From Sedimentisphaeraceae bacterium JB056 (lineage in GTDB: Bacteria; Planctomycetota; Phycisphaerae; Sedimentisphaerales; Sedimentisphaeraceae): a stretch of 64,000 nucleotides of DNA. The translations under genes were made by a program, and so were the position numbers. Below the pieces are notes generated by a model. It was not told where the DNA came from. It saw only the letters and a list, made by a program, of their open reading frames with translations, and searched no databases. Positions 40,534 through 50,029 of the stretch are shown here, one piece after another; position 1 is the first letter of the stretch; each line of letters opens with the position of its first letter. Location: NCBI GenBank assembly GCA_044440125.1, contig JBITAJ010000012.1, positions 96,001 through 160,000 of the forward strand. Reading direction: 5' to 3'.

Positions 40534-41499
40534 ATGGTTAAGTTTATCAAAGCGTATATAAAATCAATGAGACTCTATTATGCCTTCGTAACCGGTATAT
40601 CGGGATGGGTTGGGCTTTCTTTCTATAAGTTTCTTTATCCAGAGGATTTAACAGTTGCAAGGACTCTGCTGATACTTGGGCTTTTGTTTTTAAGTTGGGG
40701 GATAAACCAGATCGTCAATGATTATCTGGGGCTTAAGGAAGACAGGATAAACGCTCCAAATCGCCCAATGGTTACCGGTGAACTTAAACCACTGCCGGCA
40801 ATGATAGTTACGTGTATTTTGCTGCTTTGTATGATGGTGATATCGTGGATGCTTAATCCATGGTCGCTTATTCCTGCCTTAGCTGGTATTCTGCTCAATG
40901 TGGTTTATGAGTATTCCAAGGCATGGGGACTTACCGCCAATATTGTATTTGGCGTCATGATTTCAATGTGTACTGCATACGGATTTCTTGCCGGTGGCAA
41001 AATGCCAGATCCTTTGTTTACTACCAATCGAATATCAGGGTTAGTATTAATAGCTATAATTAATGGACTTATGACGTATTATACGTATTTCAAAGACCAT
41101 TATGGCGACAAAATGGCGGGCAAGAAGACTTTTATTGTCCGGTATGGGGTGAATGTTGGGCGGTATGTAGGTATCTTTGGTGCGTTTGTCTCCGCGATAG
41201 CGTTGTTGTTCTTCATAACTATAAACTGGCTGCCTGTGGAGACCATTCTTTATAAGGAAACGTTCGTTTTTTGCTGTATAGTGACGTTTTTTCTGCAATG
41301 CCGTACCGCACAGCTTTATTTTTCCTATCCAGAAGGTGAGCGGGCATATTTCAGTCTTGTTACAAACATAAGGGCATGCGTTGCCGGTCAAACCGCTCTT
41401 ATCGCAATATTCAACCAGACTCTCGCCCTTTATCTACTTGTCGCAAGTTATATTCTTATCGGTGTGTTTTTTGAACAGTATAAGGATGCCAAATCATGA
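40534..41499 (+). CDS. UbiA-family prenyltransferase
   Basis: NDY....EDRINAPNRP and KD..GD...GKKT Asp-rich motifs; multiple TMs. Confidence 0.9.
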   Translation: MVKFIKAYIKSMRLYYAFVTGISGWVGLSFYKFLYPEDLTVARTLLILGLLFLSWGINQIVNDYLGLKEDRINAPNRPMVTGELKPLPAMIVTCILLLCMMVISWMLNPWSLIPALAGILLNVVYEYSKAWGLTANIVFGVMISMCTAYGFLAGGKMPDPLFTTNRISGLVLIAIINGLMTYYTYFKDHYGDKMAGKKTFIVRYGVNVGRYVGIFGAFVSAIALLFFITINWLPVETILYKETFVFCCIVTFFLQCRTAQLYFSYPEGERAYFSLVTNIRACVAGQTALIAIFNQTLALYLLVASYILIGVFFEQYKDAKS

Positions 41500-42764
41500 G
41501 ATACGTAACCGGTATATCAAAACTTCTGCTTTACATACGGATTGCCGTGGATGTTGCGATTCGATATATGTTCAGGATGAATCCTGTTCAATATGTGGTA
41601 TTTCTCCGCAGGGCATCAATATTGCTTTGCTGTTTCTGGCACAACAAAACGGTTAAGATGGCTAATGGTTATAAGCTCCAGCTTTATCTGCCGGCATATC
41701 CTTCAAAGGCGTTTTTCTATACGATAGATTCAAAATTGCTCCGCAAAAATCCAGGACCTGCGACAGTGGTTTACTCAATGACTAAGGCATGCAATTATAA
41801 ATGTCCGCATTGTTATCAAAGGTGTGATCAGGGAATTGATATGAGTGAGCAGGTGCTTGCCGAGACAGCGAGAAAAATTCATGAAGCTGGTGTTTCAATG
41901 TTTGATATTGAAGGGGGTGAGCCGTTTTTGAGATTTGAGAGGCTCAAAAAGATTTTTACTGTTCTTGATGAAGAAAGTGAGATATGGGTAAATACTCACG
42001 GCGGAGATGTGGCGGCGGCTCAGCTTAAGGAACTAAAGAGCATGGGGCTTTTAGGATTGATGGTTTCAATACATTCACCTCAGGAAAATCTACATGATGA
42101 ATTTACCGGCATTCCGGGTTCGTTCAAAAATGCTTGCCGGACGATAAAGATTGCCAGAGAGCTTGGACTTGCGGTAACTATTAACAGTGTGCTTTCCGCA
42201 GAGCAAATCGAGAGCGGCTTGCTTGATGATTTGATGGAGCTTGCTAAAAGTTTGGATTGCGATTTTGTTCAGTTGATTCATCCCAAGCCTTCTGGGTTGT
42301 GGCTATCGTGCGAAAAGCAGATACATCAAAGCGGTGAAGTTGTAAAAGCGGCGAGAGAAAAACACAAGCAATATAATTCACATAGCTTTAAAGATTATCC
42401 GGTTTTGATGGCGCAGGTTTTTGAAGAGGATGCTGATTGTCTGGGGTGTACTGCCGGAGGTGTCGACAGATTTTATGTTAATGCTGCCGGTGAAGTTCAG
42501 CCTTGTGAATTTTTGAATATATCTTTTGGGAATGTCAATGAGGAGAGTTTTGAAAAAATATTCGACAGGATGCGAAGTTGTTTTTCTGTGCCGTGCAGTC
42601 AGTGGCTTTGTTGTAGTAAGTCGCAGGAGATCGCTGCGATGATTGAAAAGTATCAGCCGGGTTCTACTCCGCTCAAGTGGCAATATACAAAAGAGCTTGT
42701 GAAAGATTGGAACAGAGGAGAGCCGACAAAACTTTACGGGAGATTGGGAGTGTATCAAAAATGA
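41496..42764 (+). CDS. Radical SAM protein with SPASM/twitch domain
   Basis: CNYKCPHC, GGEP, C..G...FYVN..G.VQPC. Confidence 0.93.
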   Translation: MRYVTGISKLLLYIRIAVDVAIRYMFRMNPVQYVVFLRRASILLCCFWHNKTVKMANGYKLQLYLPAYPSKAFFYTIDSKLLRKNPGPATVVYSMTKACNYKCPHCYQRCDQGIDMSEQVLAETARKIHEAGVSMFDIEGGEPFLRFERLKKIFTVLDEESEIWVNTHGGDVAAAQLKELKSMGLLGLMVSIHSPQENLHDEFTGIPGSFKNACRTIKIARELGLAVTINSVLSAEQIESGLLDDLMELAKSLDCDFVQLIHPKPSGLWLSCEKQIHQSGEVVKAAREKHKQYNSHSFKDYPVLMAQVFEEDADCLGCTAGGVDRFYVNAAGEVQPCEFLNISFGNVNEESFEKIFDRMRSCFSVPCSQWLCCSKSQEIAAMIEKYQPGSTPLKWQYTKELVKDWNRGEPTKLYGRLGVYQK

Positions 42765-43660
42765 TTCTTGTGATGTGTCCAAAAGCAAGATCTGGAAAAG
42801 GCAAAAAACTTTGGAGCAGCTGGCTCAAGATTTTTGATTCAGCAAACGCTGAATACAAAACGGTTGAAACTGAATACAGCGGTCATGCTTTTGAAATTGC
42901 CAGAGAGGCAGACGATACAGTAGTTGCCGCAGGCGGCGATGGCACAATCAATGAAGTGATCAACGGGGTGATGAAATCTTCCCGCGAAAAAGAGATGGGG
43001 ATTCTTTATTGCGGCACGAGCCCTGATTTTTGCCGTTTCCATAAAATACCAATACAGCCAAAGCAGGCCGCCGAAGCGTTGCTGAAAAAGAAAGAACGTT
43101 TGATTGATGTTGCAGAGATAGAATATACAAAAAACGGATTGAAAGAAAATGCTTTTTTCGGTTGCAGCTGCAACATTGGTATGGGAGCGATGGTTGCGGA
43201 ATTTGCTAATAAGTATCGCAAGTTTTTAGGTGATACCTGCGGGACGCTTTGGGGTGTGTTGCTTGCAGTGATGAAAAACAAAATGGTTGATGTTGAACTT
43301 ACCATTGATAATGAAAAAAAGAAATTGCCGCGATGCAATCATATTGTTATTTTGAAAAATCCGTTTATTGCTTCAGGTTTGAAATTGAATGTTGACATAA
43401 AACCTGATGATGGGCTTGGTGTTGTCATTGCGATAAATGATAAAAATAAATTACAGTTGCTCTCTATGCTACCTGGATTTTATAATGGTAATATCATAAA
43501 CGATAAAACAGTTTTGGTTCGTAAGTTTAAAAGTATTGATGTAAAGCCTGTGAACGGGATGATGGATGTAGAGTTTGACGGTGATCCTAAAGGGATGCTT
43601 CCTGTTAGAGTTGAGATTGTCAGCAACGCAATGAAATTAATAGGTGTAGAAGATGCGTGA
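42761..43660 (+). CDS. Diacylglycerol/sphingosine kinase family lipid kinase
   Basis: P.ARSG, AAGGDGTINEV, GT..DF, EFDGD; ATG at 42761 overlaps the upstream stop. Confidence 0.88.
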   Translation: MILVMCPKARSGKGKKLWSSWLKIFDSANAEYKTVETEYSGHAFEIAREADDTVVAAGGDGTINEVINGVMKSSREKEMGILYCGTSPDFCRFHKIPIQPKQAAEALLKKKERLIDVAEIEYTKNGLKENAFFGCSCNIGMGAMVAEFANKYRKFLGDTCGTLWGVLLAVMKNKMVDVELTIDNEKKKLPRCNHIVILKNPFIASGLKLNVDIKPDDGLGVVIAINDKNKLQLLSMLPGFYNGNIINDKTVLVRKFKSIDVKPVNGMMDVEFDGDPKGMLPVRVEIVSNAMKLIGVEDA

Positions 43661-44606
43661 AGAAAATTTTATTGAAGATGTGATCAGCCGTTTTGAAAGA
43701 AGCAGTCAGCAGAAAAATAAACCGTTTACCTGCGATGCCGAGATTGTTGAAATCTCAGGAAAGTTCTGGGCTGTTACGGTTGATGAGTTTTCGCCGCAGG
43801 AAGATTTGTTTTTTGATACTGATGCGTATCTGCTTGGACAGAATCTCGCAACCGCGACTTTAAGTGATTTGTTTGCGTGCGGAGCTAAACCGCAATTCTT
43901 TCTGCATTCTGTTGTTGCCGGTGAAAAAATGGAGTCAGCTTTTTTTGATGGTTTAAATGATGTTCTTGAGCAGTGCGGGTGTTTCCTGCTTGGCGGTGAT
44001 ACCGGCGGTGGAGAATATTTCAGATACACCGCAATTGCGATGGGGCAAATAGAGAACGAAAAAATTATCAGTAGAGTGATGCCTTGCGATGAACAATTGC
44101 TTTGGATAACAGGCAGTGTTGGTGATGCGAATTTATCAGCCTTTTCTCAAAAATCAATGCCGCAGTTTGAATTGCGAATTGAAGAGTCTGAATTTATTGC
44201 GGCAAATGCGGCAAGTTGTATTGATACGAGCGGCGGTTTGATTGATGCGTTGTGGATGTTGAAAAAAGTTAATCCTGATATGAGATTTGAGATAGATGCG
44301 GATATGATTCCATTTGATATCAAGGTGAAGGAATTCTGCAAGGCAGCGGGATTGCCCCCGATGGCTTTTGCTTTTGGAGGTGCGGGAGAGTATGAGTTGT
44401 TGTTTACAACGCCTTACTCTGTGAAGCCGCCGTTTGCCGCAACGTGCATTGGTCGTTGCTGCAGCGATCAGGAAAGCGGTATATATATAAAGACTGATGA
44501 TAAGTCGAGAAGGATAAAAGATGCTCCGCCGTGCGGTCGTGAAATTAAAGATAAGGATGCGTATGTGAAAAAAATATTGGAGCAGGTTAATGACATCATC
44601 TGTTGA
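43653..44606 (+). CDS. ThiL-like (PurM/AIR synthase fold) monophosphate kinase
   Basis: DA, SDL.A.GA.P, LLGGDT, TG.VG, IDTSGGL, GEYELLFT. Confidence 0.8.
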   Translation: MREENFIEDVISRFERSSQQKNKPFTCDAEIVEISGKFWAVTVDEFSPQEDLFFDTDAYLLGQNLATATLSDLFACGAKPQFFLHSVVAGEKMESAFFDGLNDVLEQCGCFLLGGDTGGGEYFRYTAIAMGQIENEKIISRVMPCDEQLLWITGSVGDANLSAFSQKSMPQFELRIEESEFIAANAASCIDTSGGLIDALWMLKKVNPDMRFEIDADMIPFDIKVKEFCKAAGLPPMAFAFGGAGEYELLFTTPYSVKPPFAATCIGRCCSDQESGIYIKTDDKSRRIKDAPPCGREIKDKDAYVKKILEQVNDIIC

Positions 44607-45810
44607 ACATAAAATCTTTTCTCCTCTTAAATTGAAGAATATAACTTTGCCAAATCGTTTTGTCCGTTCGGCAACTTATGAAGGTATGTCGGATTCCAAT
44701 GGTGTTGTGAATAAAAAGATTGGAGAGCTTTACGGCAAGCTTGCTCAAGGAGGAGTTGGGACAATAATAACCGGTTTCTGTTTTGTTTCAAAACAGGGAC
44801 GCGCTATGCAGCTATCGCAGGCAGGTCTCTATAATCAGCAGACAATGAATGCCTGGAAACAAGCATTAGAAATTTTTAGAGAATTCAGGACAGATACAAA
44901 AATATTCGCGCAGCTTGCCCATACGGGAAGGCAGACACTTTCTTCTGTTACAGGATGTGCAGTTGTTGGAGCTGGAAATAAAAAGAGCTTATACTTTCGT
45001 GAGAAGACACGAAAGCTTGATGCTGATGAAGTTCAATCCATTGTTAAAGAATTTGCCGACTCAGCGTTAATGGCAAAGCTGGCAGGTTTCGATGGTGTGC
45101 AACTTCATGGTGCGCACGGCTATCTGATTCATCAGTTTCTTTCACCCGAAACAAACAGGCGAAATGATAAATGGAAAGACGGGAGTTTGTTTCTGCTAAA
45201 TATCATAGAAAAAATAAAAAGCAAATGTGGTGACGATTTTCCTGTGCTTGTGAAATTAAGCTGGGCAGACGACAGGCAACTGAAGATTGATGATACCATA
45301 AAGACGGTAAGAAAAATCGAACAGCTTGTTGACGCCGTTGAGATAAGTTATGGCACAATGGATTTTGCGATGAATATTTTCAGGGGTTCGTGTCCGGTTG
45401 AAGTTGCTTTTAAAATTAATCCGATATTCAAAAATATGAGCTGGTTTTCAAAAGGTCTCTGGAAATATTTTATTGCTCCGCAATATTTGAAAAGATTAAA
45501 ACCTTTTACAGAAAATTACAATCTTGCTGCCGCGATGAAGATAAAAGAAAATACAAATGCTGAAGTTTTTTCTGTTGGCGGTTTTAGAAAATTAAGTTCG
45601 ATGAAGAATGCGATAGACAGAGGCATTTCTGCTGTCTCTCTTTGCAGGCCTTTTATATGTGAACATGATTTGATTCATAAATTCAGGAATGGTTCTGCCG
45701 ATAAATCAAAATGTATTAATTGCAATCTTTGTGCAGTACATTGCGATGGAGATTTATCATCGTCGACTTTACGATTGAATACAAAATGTTATTATCAAAA
45801 TAAAGATTAA
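44590..45810 (+). CDS. NADH:flavin oxidoreductase (Old Yellow Enzyme family)
   Basis: NRFVRSAT, QLAHTGR, GFDGVQLHGAHGYLI.QFLSP..N.R.D, C-terminal CxxCNxC. Confidence 0.92.
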   Translation: MTSSVEHKIFSPLKLKNITLPNRFVRSATYEGMSDSNGVVNKKIGELYGKLAQGGVGTIITGFCFVSKQGRAMQLSQAGLYNQQTMNAWKQALEIFREFRTDTKIFAQLAHTGRQTLSSVTGCAVVGAGNKKSLYFREKTRKLDADEVQSIVKEFADSALMAKLAGFDGVQLHGAHGYLIHQFLSPETNRRNDKWKDGSLFLLNIIEKIKSKCGDDFPVLVKLSWADDRQLKIDDTIKTVRKIEQLVDAVEISYGTMDFAMNIFRGSCPVEVAFKINPIFKNMSWFSKGLWKYFIAPQYLKRLKPFTENYNLAAAMKIKENTNAEVFSVGGFRKLSSMKNAIDRGISAVSLCRPFICEHDLIHKFRNGSADKSKCINCNLCAVHCDGDLSSSTLRLNTKCYYQNKD

Positions 45811-45830
45811 TAAATTGAGGTAATGGGGAC

Positions 45831-47081
45831 ATGACTGTAGTGGTGAAAAAAAAGTTTGAGGATTTCGTGAATACGAAAAATCAGGATGTTTTCAGTAAGG
45901 CGTTCGAACTCAATGCTTATCTTCAGGAGAATCCTGAGAAGATGTTGTCGGGGCTTGGTCTTAAAATGCAGGGTCCGGCAGCGCCCAATACTGTTCTGCT
46001 TGACGATGCTGAGCATGAAGTGATAATGCTTGGCTCGAATTCATATCTGAATCTTACAACTCATCCCGATGTAGTGGCAGCATCAAAAGCTGCTTGCGAA
46101 AAATATGGTTATGGTATGGGTGCAGTGTCGCTTTATGCCGGAATCACAGAACTGCACCGTGAGCTTGAAATCGCAATCGCAGACTTTTACAGTACCGAAG
46201 ATGCGATTGTCTTTCCTTCCGGTTATGGAACTAATATAGGGGTTATCTCGGCGATATGTAATCACGATGATATTATAATCAATGATTCGGCAAATCACTC
46301 TTCAATTTTTGATGGCTCGGTTCTCTCCGGTGCAACGCTGAAAATTTATCTGCACAGGGATATGAAAAAACTTGAGCATGTATTGTCTCGAATCGATCGG
46401 AAAGGTCGCGGCGTACTGATTATAACCGATGGCGTTTTTTCAATGCATGGTGATCTTGCACCGCTTGATGAAATTGTTTCTCTTGCGGAAAAATATGATG
46501 CCAGAGTTATGGTTGATGATGCGCATGGAATTGGGATTGTCGGCCCCGGAGGTCGCGGCACTGCGGCGGCTTTTGGCGTGCGTGATAAGATTGATTTGAA
46601 TATTGGAATGCTTAGCAAAGCACCGGGAGGCCTTGGCGGTTTCTGTGCGGCTAAAAAAGAAATCGTCGATTATCTGCGCCTGTACGCAAGGTCATATTTT
46701 TTCTCCACAGCTCTTCCTGCTCCGATAGTTGCCGGTCTCTTGGAAGTGTTCAAGTTGCTGAAGGCAAATGCTGCCGGCCGTAATCAGTTGTGGGATAATA
46801 TTAATTATCTTAAAAGTAGACTGATTGCCGCCGGTTTCAATACCGGTGAGAGTGCATCGGGAATAATACCGATTATTGTAGGTGATGAGGTTGCCTTGGC
46901 AGGATTCCATCGCGACCTTATAGATAATGGTGTGTATACAAATATTGTAAGTTATCCTGCTCTTCGGCGTAAAGAGTCAAGAGTCAGGTTGTGTGTGATG
47001 AGTTCGCTCACAACTCAGCAGATGAATAAGGCTTTGAGTGTAATAATGCAGGCGGGGAAAAAATGGCAGATAATAAAATAG
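45831..47081 (+). CDS. PLP-dependent alpha-oxoamine synthase (serine palmitoyltransferase/AONS/KBL family)
   Basis: SNSYL, FPSGY..N, NHSSI, DGVFSMHGD, DDAHG, LSKA. Confidence 0.9.
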   Translation: MTVVVKKKFEDFVNTKNQDVFSKAFELNAYLQENPEKMLSGLGLKMQGPAAPNTVLLDDAEHEVIMLGSNSYLNLTTHPDVVAASKAACEKYGYGMGAVSLYAGITELHRELEIAIADFYSTEDAIVFPSGYGTNIGVISAICNHDDIIINDSANHSSIFDGSVLSGATLKIYLHRDMKKLEHVLSRIDRKGRGVLIITDGVFSMHGDLAPLDEIVSLAEKYDARVMVDDAHGIGIVGPGGRGTAAAFGVRDKIDLNIGMLSKAPGGLGGFCAAKKEIVDYLRLYARSYFFSTALPAPIVAGLLEVFKLLKANAAGRNQLWDNINYLKSRLIAAGFNTGESASGIIPIIVGDEVALAGFHRDLIDNGVYTNIVSYPALRRKESRVRLCVMSSLTTQQMNKALSVIMQAGKKWQIIK

Positions 47082-48058
47082 CTCTCATAACCGGAGCCGC
47101 AGGGTTTATCGGTTTGCATACTGTTAAGAGGTTTGTATCTGAAGGCTGGTTTGTTTATGCCGTGATTCATCGCAGGCAAAGCAGCAGGCTTGATGAACTC
47201 CAGCATCAGGGAAAGGTTTTGATCTTCAAATCAGATGTTACGGATTTTGAAGAGTTGAAACAGCTTTTCGAAAAATTGCCGGAGAAAATATCAGCGGTCG
47301 TTCATTGTGCCGGACGAGCAAGCGATATTGGACGGGCTAAAGAATTCAGGACAACTAATTTTGATTCGGTTCGTTATCTTGGCGAGCTTGTCAGTAGTTA
47401 CGATATACCGAGATTTGTTTTCGTATCAACAACCGATGTCTATGGTATGAGAGATTTTCACGGTGAGGATGAGTCGCAGCTTGATTACGCAGCCAGGCCT
47501 ATCAATAATTATCCTAAATACAAAATCTTGGCTGAAAAGTGTATAAAGGATAACATGGCGCCAGAGAAATGGTGCATATTGCGACCGGCGGCTGTTTGGG
47601 GATGCGATGATCCTACGATGACCAAACGTCTGCGCGATTTTTTTGCTTCATCACCCTTTATTATTCATTTCGGTAAATGGAAGGGACAAAACAGATGGCC
47701 GGCGGTTCATGTAGACTCCGTAGCAGATGCCTGTTATCTGGGAGCAGTTGCCGATGAGGCGGCAGGTGAGGAGATAAATGTCATTGATACGGAAAAAATC
47801 AGCGTTGATCAATTCTATAGGCGAATTATTAAGCAGTATTTCCCTGACAAGAAGTTTTACAAAATCTGCTTGCCTTTCTGGGTTGGCTGGTGCGCTGGTG
47901 CAGTTGTGAGCGGTATATCAAATTTATTCAATTTATCTACTCCGATAGCTGATCCATCCCTATATGCCGCATATTCTGTGAGCAGTAATCTTGATTTCAG
48001 CGGTCAAAAACTCTTGAGAATTAAAAAACGTTACGAAAATCGCAGAAATGCGCATTAA
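47063..48058 (+). CDS. Extended SDR (NAD-dependent epimerase/3-beta-HSD-like)
   Basis: TGAAGFIG, HCAG, VST..VY, YPKYK (YxxxK), LRP..VWG. Confidence 0.88.
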   Translation: MADNKIALITGAAGFIGLHTVKRFVSEGWFVYAVIHRRQSSRLDELQHQGKVLIFKSDVTDFEELKQLFEKLPEKISAVVHCAGRASDIGRAKEFRTTNFDSVRYLGELVSSYDIPRFVFVSTTDVYGMRDFHGEDESQLDYAARPINNYPKYKILAEKCIKDNMAPEKWCILRPAAVWGCDDPTMTKRLRDFFASSPFIIHFGKWKGQNRWPAVHVDSVADACYLGAVADEAAGEEINVIDTEKISVDQFYRRIIKQYFPDKKFYKICLPFWVGWCAGAVVSGISNLFNLSTPIADPSLYAAYSVSSNLDFSGQKLLRIKKRYENRRNAH

Positions 48059-48059
48059 A

Positions 48060-48092
48060 AAGGCTTTGAAAGCATTATGCTCTCAAAGCCTT
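48060..48092. terminator. Hairpin between convergent SDR and ferredoxin genes
   Basis: AAGGCTTTGA...TCAAAGCCTT stem; A-run on the left gives a U-tail on the minus strand. Confidence 0.65.
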
Positions 48093-48115
48093 GATGTTTT
48101 AAACTTATCTCTGGA

Positions 48116-48286
48116 CTATTCCATAGAGATAGCTTCAACTGGACACTCATCAACGCAAGCGCCACAGTCTACACATGTATCGGCATCGATAACTGCTTTG
48201 TCGTCCATAGAAATTGCTTCGCAAGGACAAGCGTCTACGCAAGCACCGCAACCTGTGCATGTTTCTGCATCTACTACTGCTGCCAT
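48116..48286 (-). CDS. 2x[4Fe-4S] clostridial-type ferredoxin (56 aa)
   Basis: Manual translation MAAVVDAETCTGCGACVDACPCEAISMDDKAVIDADTCVDCGACVDECPVEAISME; below the ORF-track cutoff. Confidence 0.95.
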   Translation of the reverse strand: MAAVVDAETCTGCGACVDACPCEAISMDDKAVIDADTCVDCGACVDECPVEAISME

Positions 48287-48936
48287 AATAAATTTCCTTT
48301 CAAAAAAAGAATCATTCCATAAGGTTACATACTTTAAAATAAAAATTACTAACGTGATATATATAAAGAAATAGGCGATTATTCCAGTAAAAAATTGAGA
48401 ATTTAGTAAAAAAATGCACAGTTTTTGCCGGGGGGCTTAAGAGGTCTCGAAAGTTGAAAGCCATGACTAACAATTGTGTTTGCTTGTAACATTTATAAGT
48501 GGTTTACATAGCTCATTTAATAAAAATCCCAGATTTACATGAAACTGAATTTTAAGGGTTTAAGGTGCTTCATTTTTTTGATTTAAATTGTTACTTGAGA
48601 AATCATAAAATTGCAATGGATTATTGTGGTATTCATTCATTCGGAGTGGTCTGATATTATTTGCTTAATGTAAGCCGTACGCTGAAAAATGTACGAATAT
48701 GATATTTTGATTTTTTTGAAGGAATTGAGAACTTTTGAAATATTGGATTGAAATAAAGTTTTTTGTAAATTCTTAAATCATTCTTTAGGCGTTGTTTAAG
48801 GCTTGTTTTGTTAGGTTTTTGTTCGGGAAATATAAAATAAATCTTGAATCGATTCAGCTGTGGTGATAAAATTTGTTAGATAAATATATAACTTTTGGAT
48901 TTGTTAATTATTTATCTAACAAGGAAAGGAGCGATA

Positions 48937-49380
48937 ATGTCCCGATTTAATGAGAATACGTGTTGTGGGGTCCAGAAGCATGCAGTTGTGGCTTGTCGTG
49001 ATGATATTGACCTTATCAGAATGCGTGCGGAGAGTGTTTTCAGCGGCAAACGGCTTGCAATGATCCGTCTTTATTTTGATCGCGGAGCGACATGCCGTGA
49101 AATTGCACAGATAGCTGGCAAGAGTGAGGGGCAGATATGCCGGATAATCAATTCACTTGTGAGGAGATTGAAAGATAGTGACTGCCTGTTTTTTCTGCGG
49201 CATCGGCAGCTTTTTTCAGTTTCCGAGCAGAAAATACTCTACTCAACACTTTTTGATGCTTTGAGTTATAGAAAAGCAGCAGCCAGGCACAGGTGCAGCA
49301 TTTACAAAGTGAGGAAAGCTGTTGAGAAGCTTGGTCGTCTTAAGAAAATAGATATATCAGGAGGATTTAATGGAGATTGA
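48937..49380 (+). CDS. Sigma-70 region 4-like HTH protein
   Basis: LYF..G....EIA...G.S...I.R; second HTH-like segment; AAGGAG RBS. Confidence 0.6.
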   Translation: MSRFNENTCCGVQKHAVVACRDDIDLIRMRAESVFSGKRLAMIRLYFDRGATCREIAQIAGKSEGQICRIINSLVRRLKDSDCLFFLRHRQLFSVSEQKILYSTLFDALSYRKAAARHRCSIYKVRKAVEKLGRLKKIDISGGFNGD

Positions 49381-50029
49381 CATACAAAAGCGAGTGATGC
49401 CGCGGATAAAACTTACACCGAATATTCGGTCCATGATGCGAATTTTTTCACTGACAACTGACGATTTGAAAAGACCGCTGATTGATCTGAGCGTGAGTTT
49501 TGATCTGAAACCGGGTGAGATTTACTTTATAACCGGTCCCAGTGGATGTGGTAAAAGCTTGTTATTAAGGGAGATGAGGCGGGCGATACCATCAGATGAA
49601 AGAATAGATATTAATGATTTGCCGTTATCTGCTGTTACTACCATGATCGATTGCTTCAAAAGTGCACCTCTTGGTTTGCGGGCTTTGTCGAGGATGGGGC
49701 TTTCGGATGTATCTGCTATGCTGCTTCCGCCGGCGATTCTCAGCGAAGGGCAGAAATATCGCTACAGACTTGCAAAGGCGATAAGCTCCGGCAAACAGAT
49801 TATTATCGCTGATGAATTTTGCTCTACACTTGACAAGGTTACGGCTGGTTTACTGTGTCTCAAGCTTCGCCGCATTGCCGACAGGACTGGTAAAATATTC
49901 ATTCTTGCCGGTCATAGCCGTGGGCTGTTGCCTGATTTGATGCCCGATTGTGTCTTGCAGGTGCATTCCAACAGTGAGATTATCAAGCTTAAGCGTATTG
50001 ACCAGACAGATATGTATGAGAGGGCGTGA
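49370..50029 (+). CDS. Stand-alone ABC-type ATPase (COG2401-like)
   Basis: GPSGCGKS, LSEGQKYR, IIIADEF, H-loop; no permease nearby. Confidence 0.8.
   Translation: MEIDIQKRVMPRIKLTPNIRSMMRIFSLTTDDLKRPLIDLSVSFDLKPGEIYFITGPSGCGKSLLLREMRRAIPSDERIDINDLPLSAVTTMIDCFKSAPLGLRALSRMGLSDVSAMLLPPAILSEGQKYRYRLAKAISSGKQIIIADEFCSTLDKVTAGLLCLKLRRIADRTGKIFILAGHSRGLLPDLMPDCVLQVHSNSEIIKLKRIDQTDMYERA

Noticed and set aside
48048..48374. 108 aa plus-strand ORF with STQAPQ repeats, apparently continuing the lipid operon
   Set aside because: Antisense of the ferredoxin; the repeats mirror its CxxCxxC motifs
48380..48890. 500 bp AT-rich intergenic region
   Set aside because: No convincing repeats, ORF or RNA motif found; probably divergent promoters
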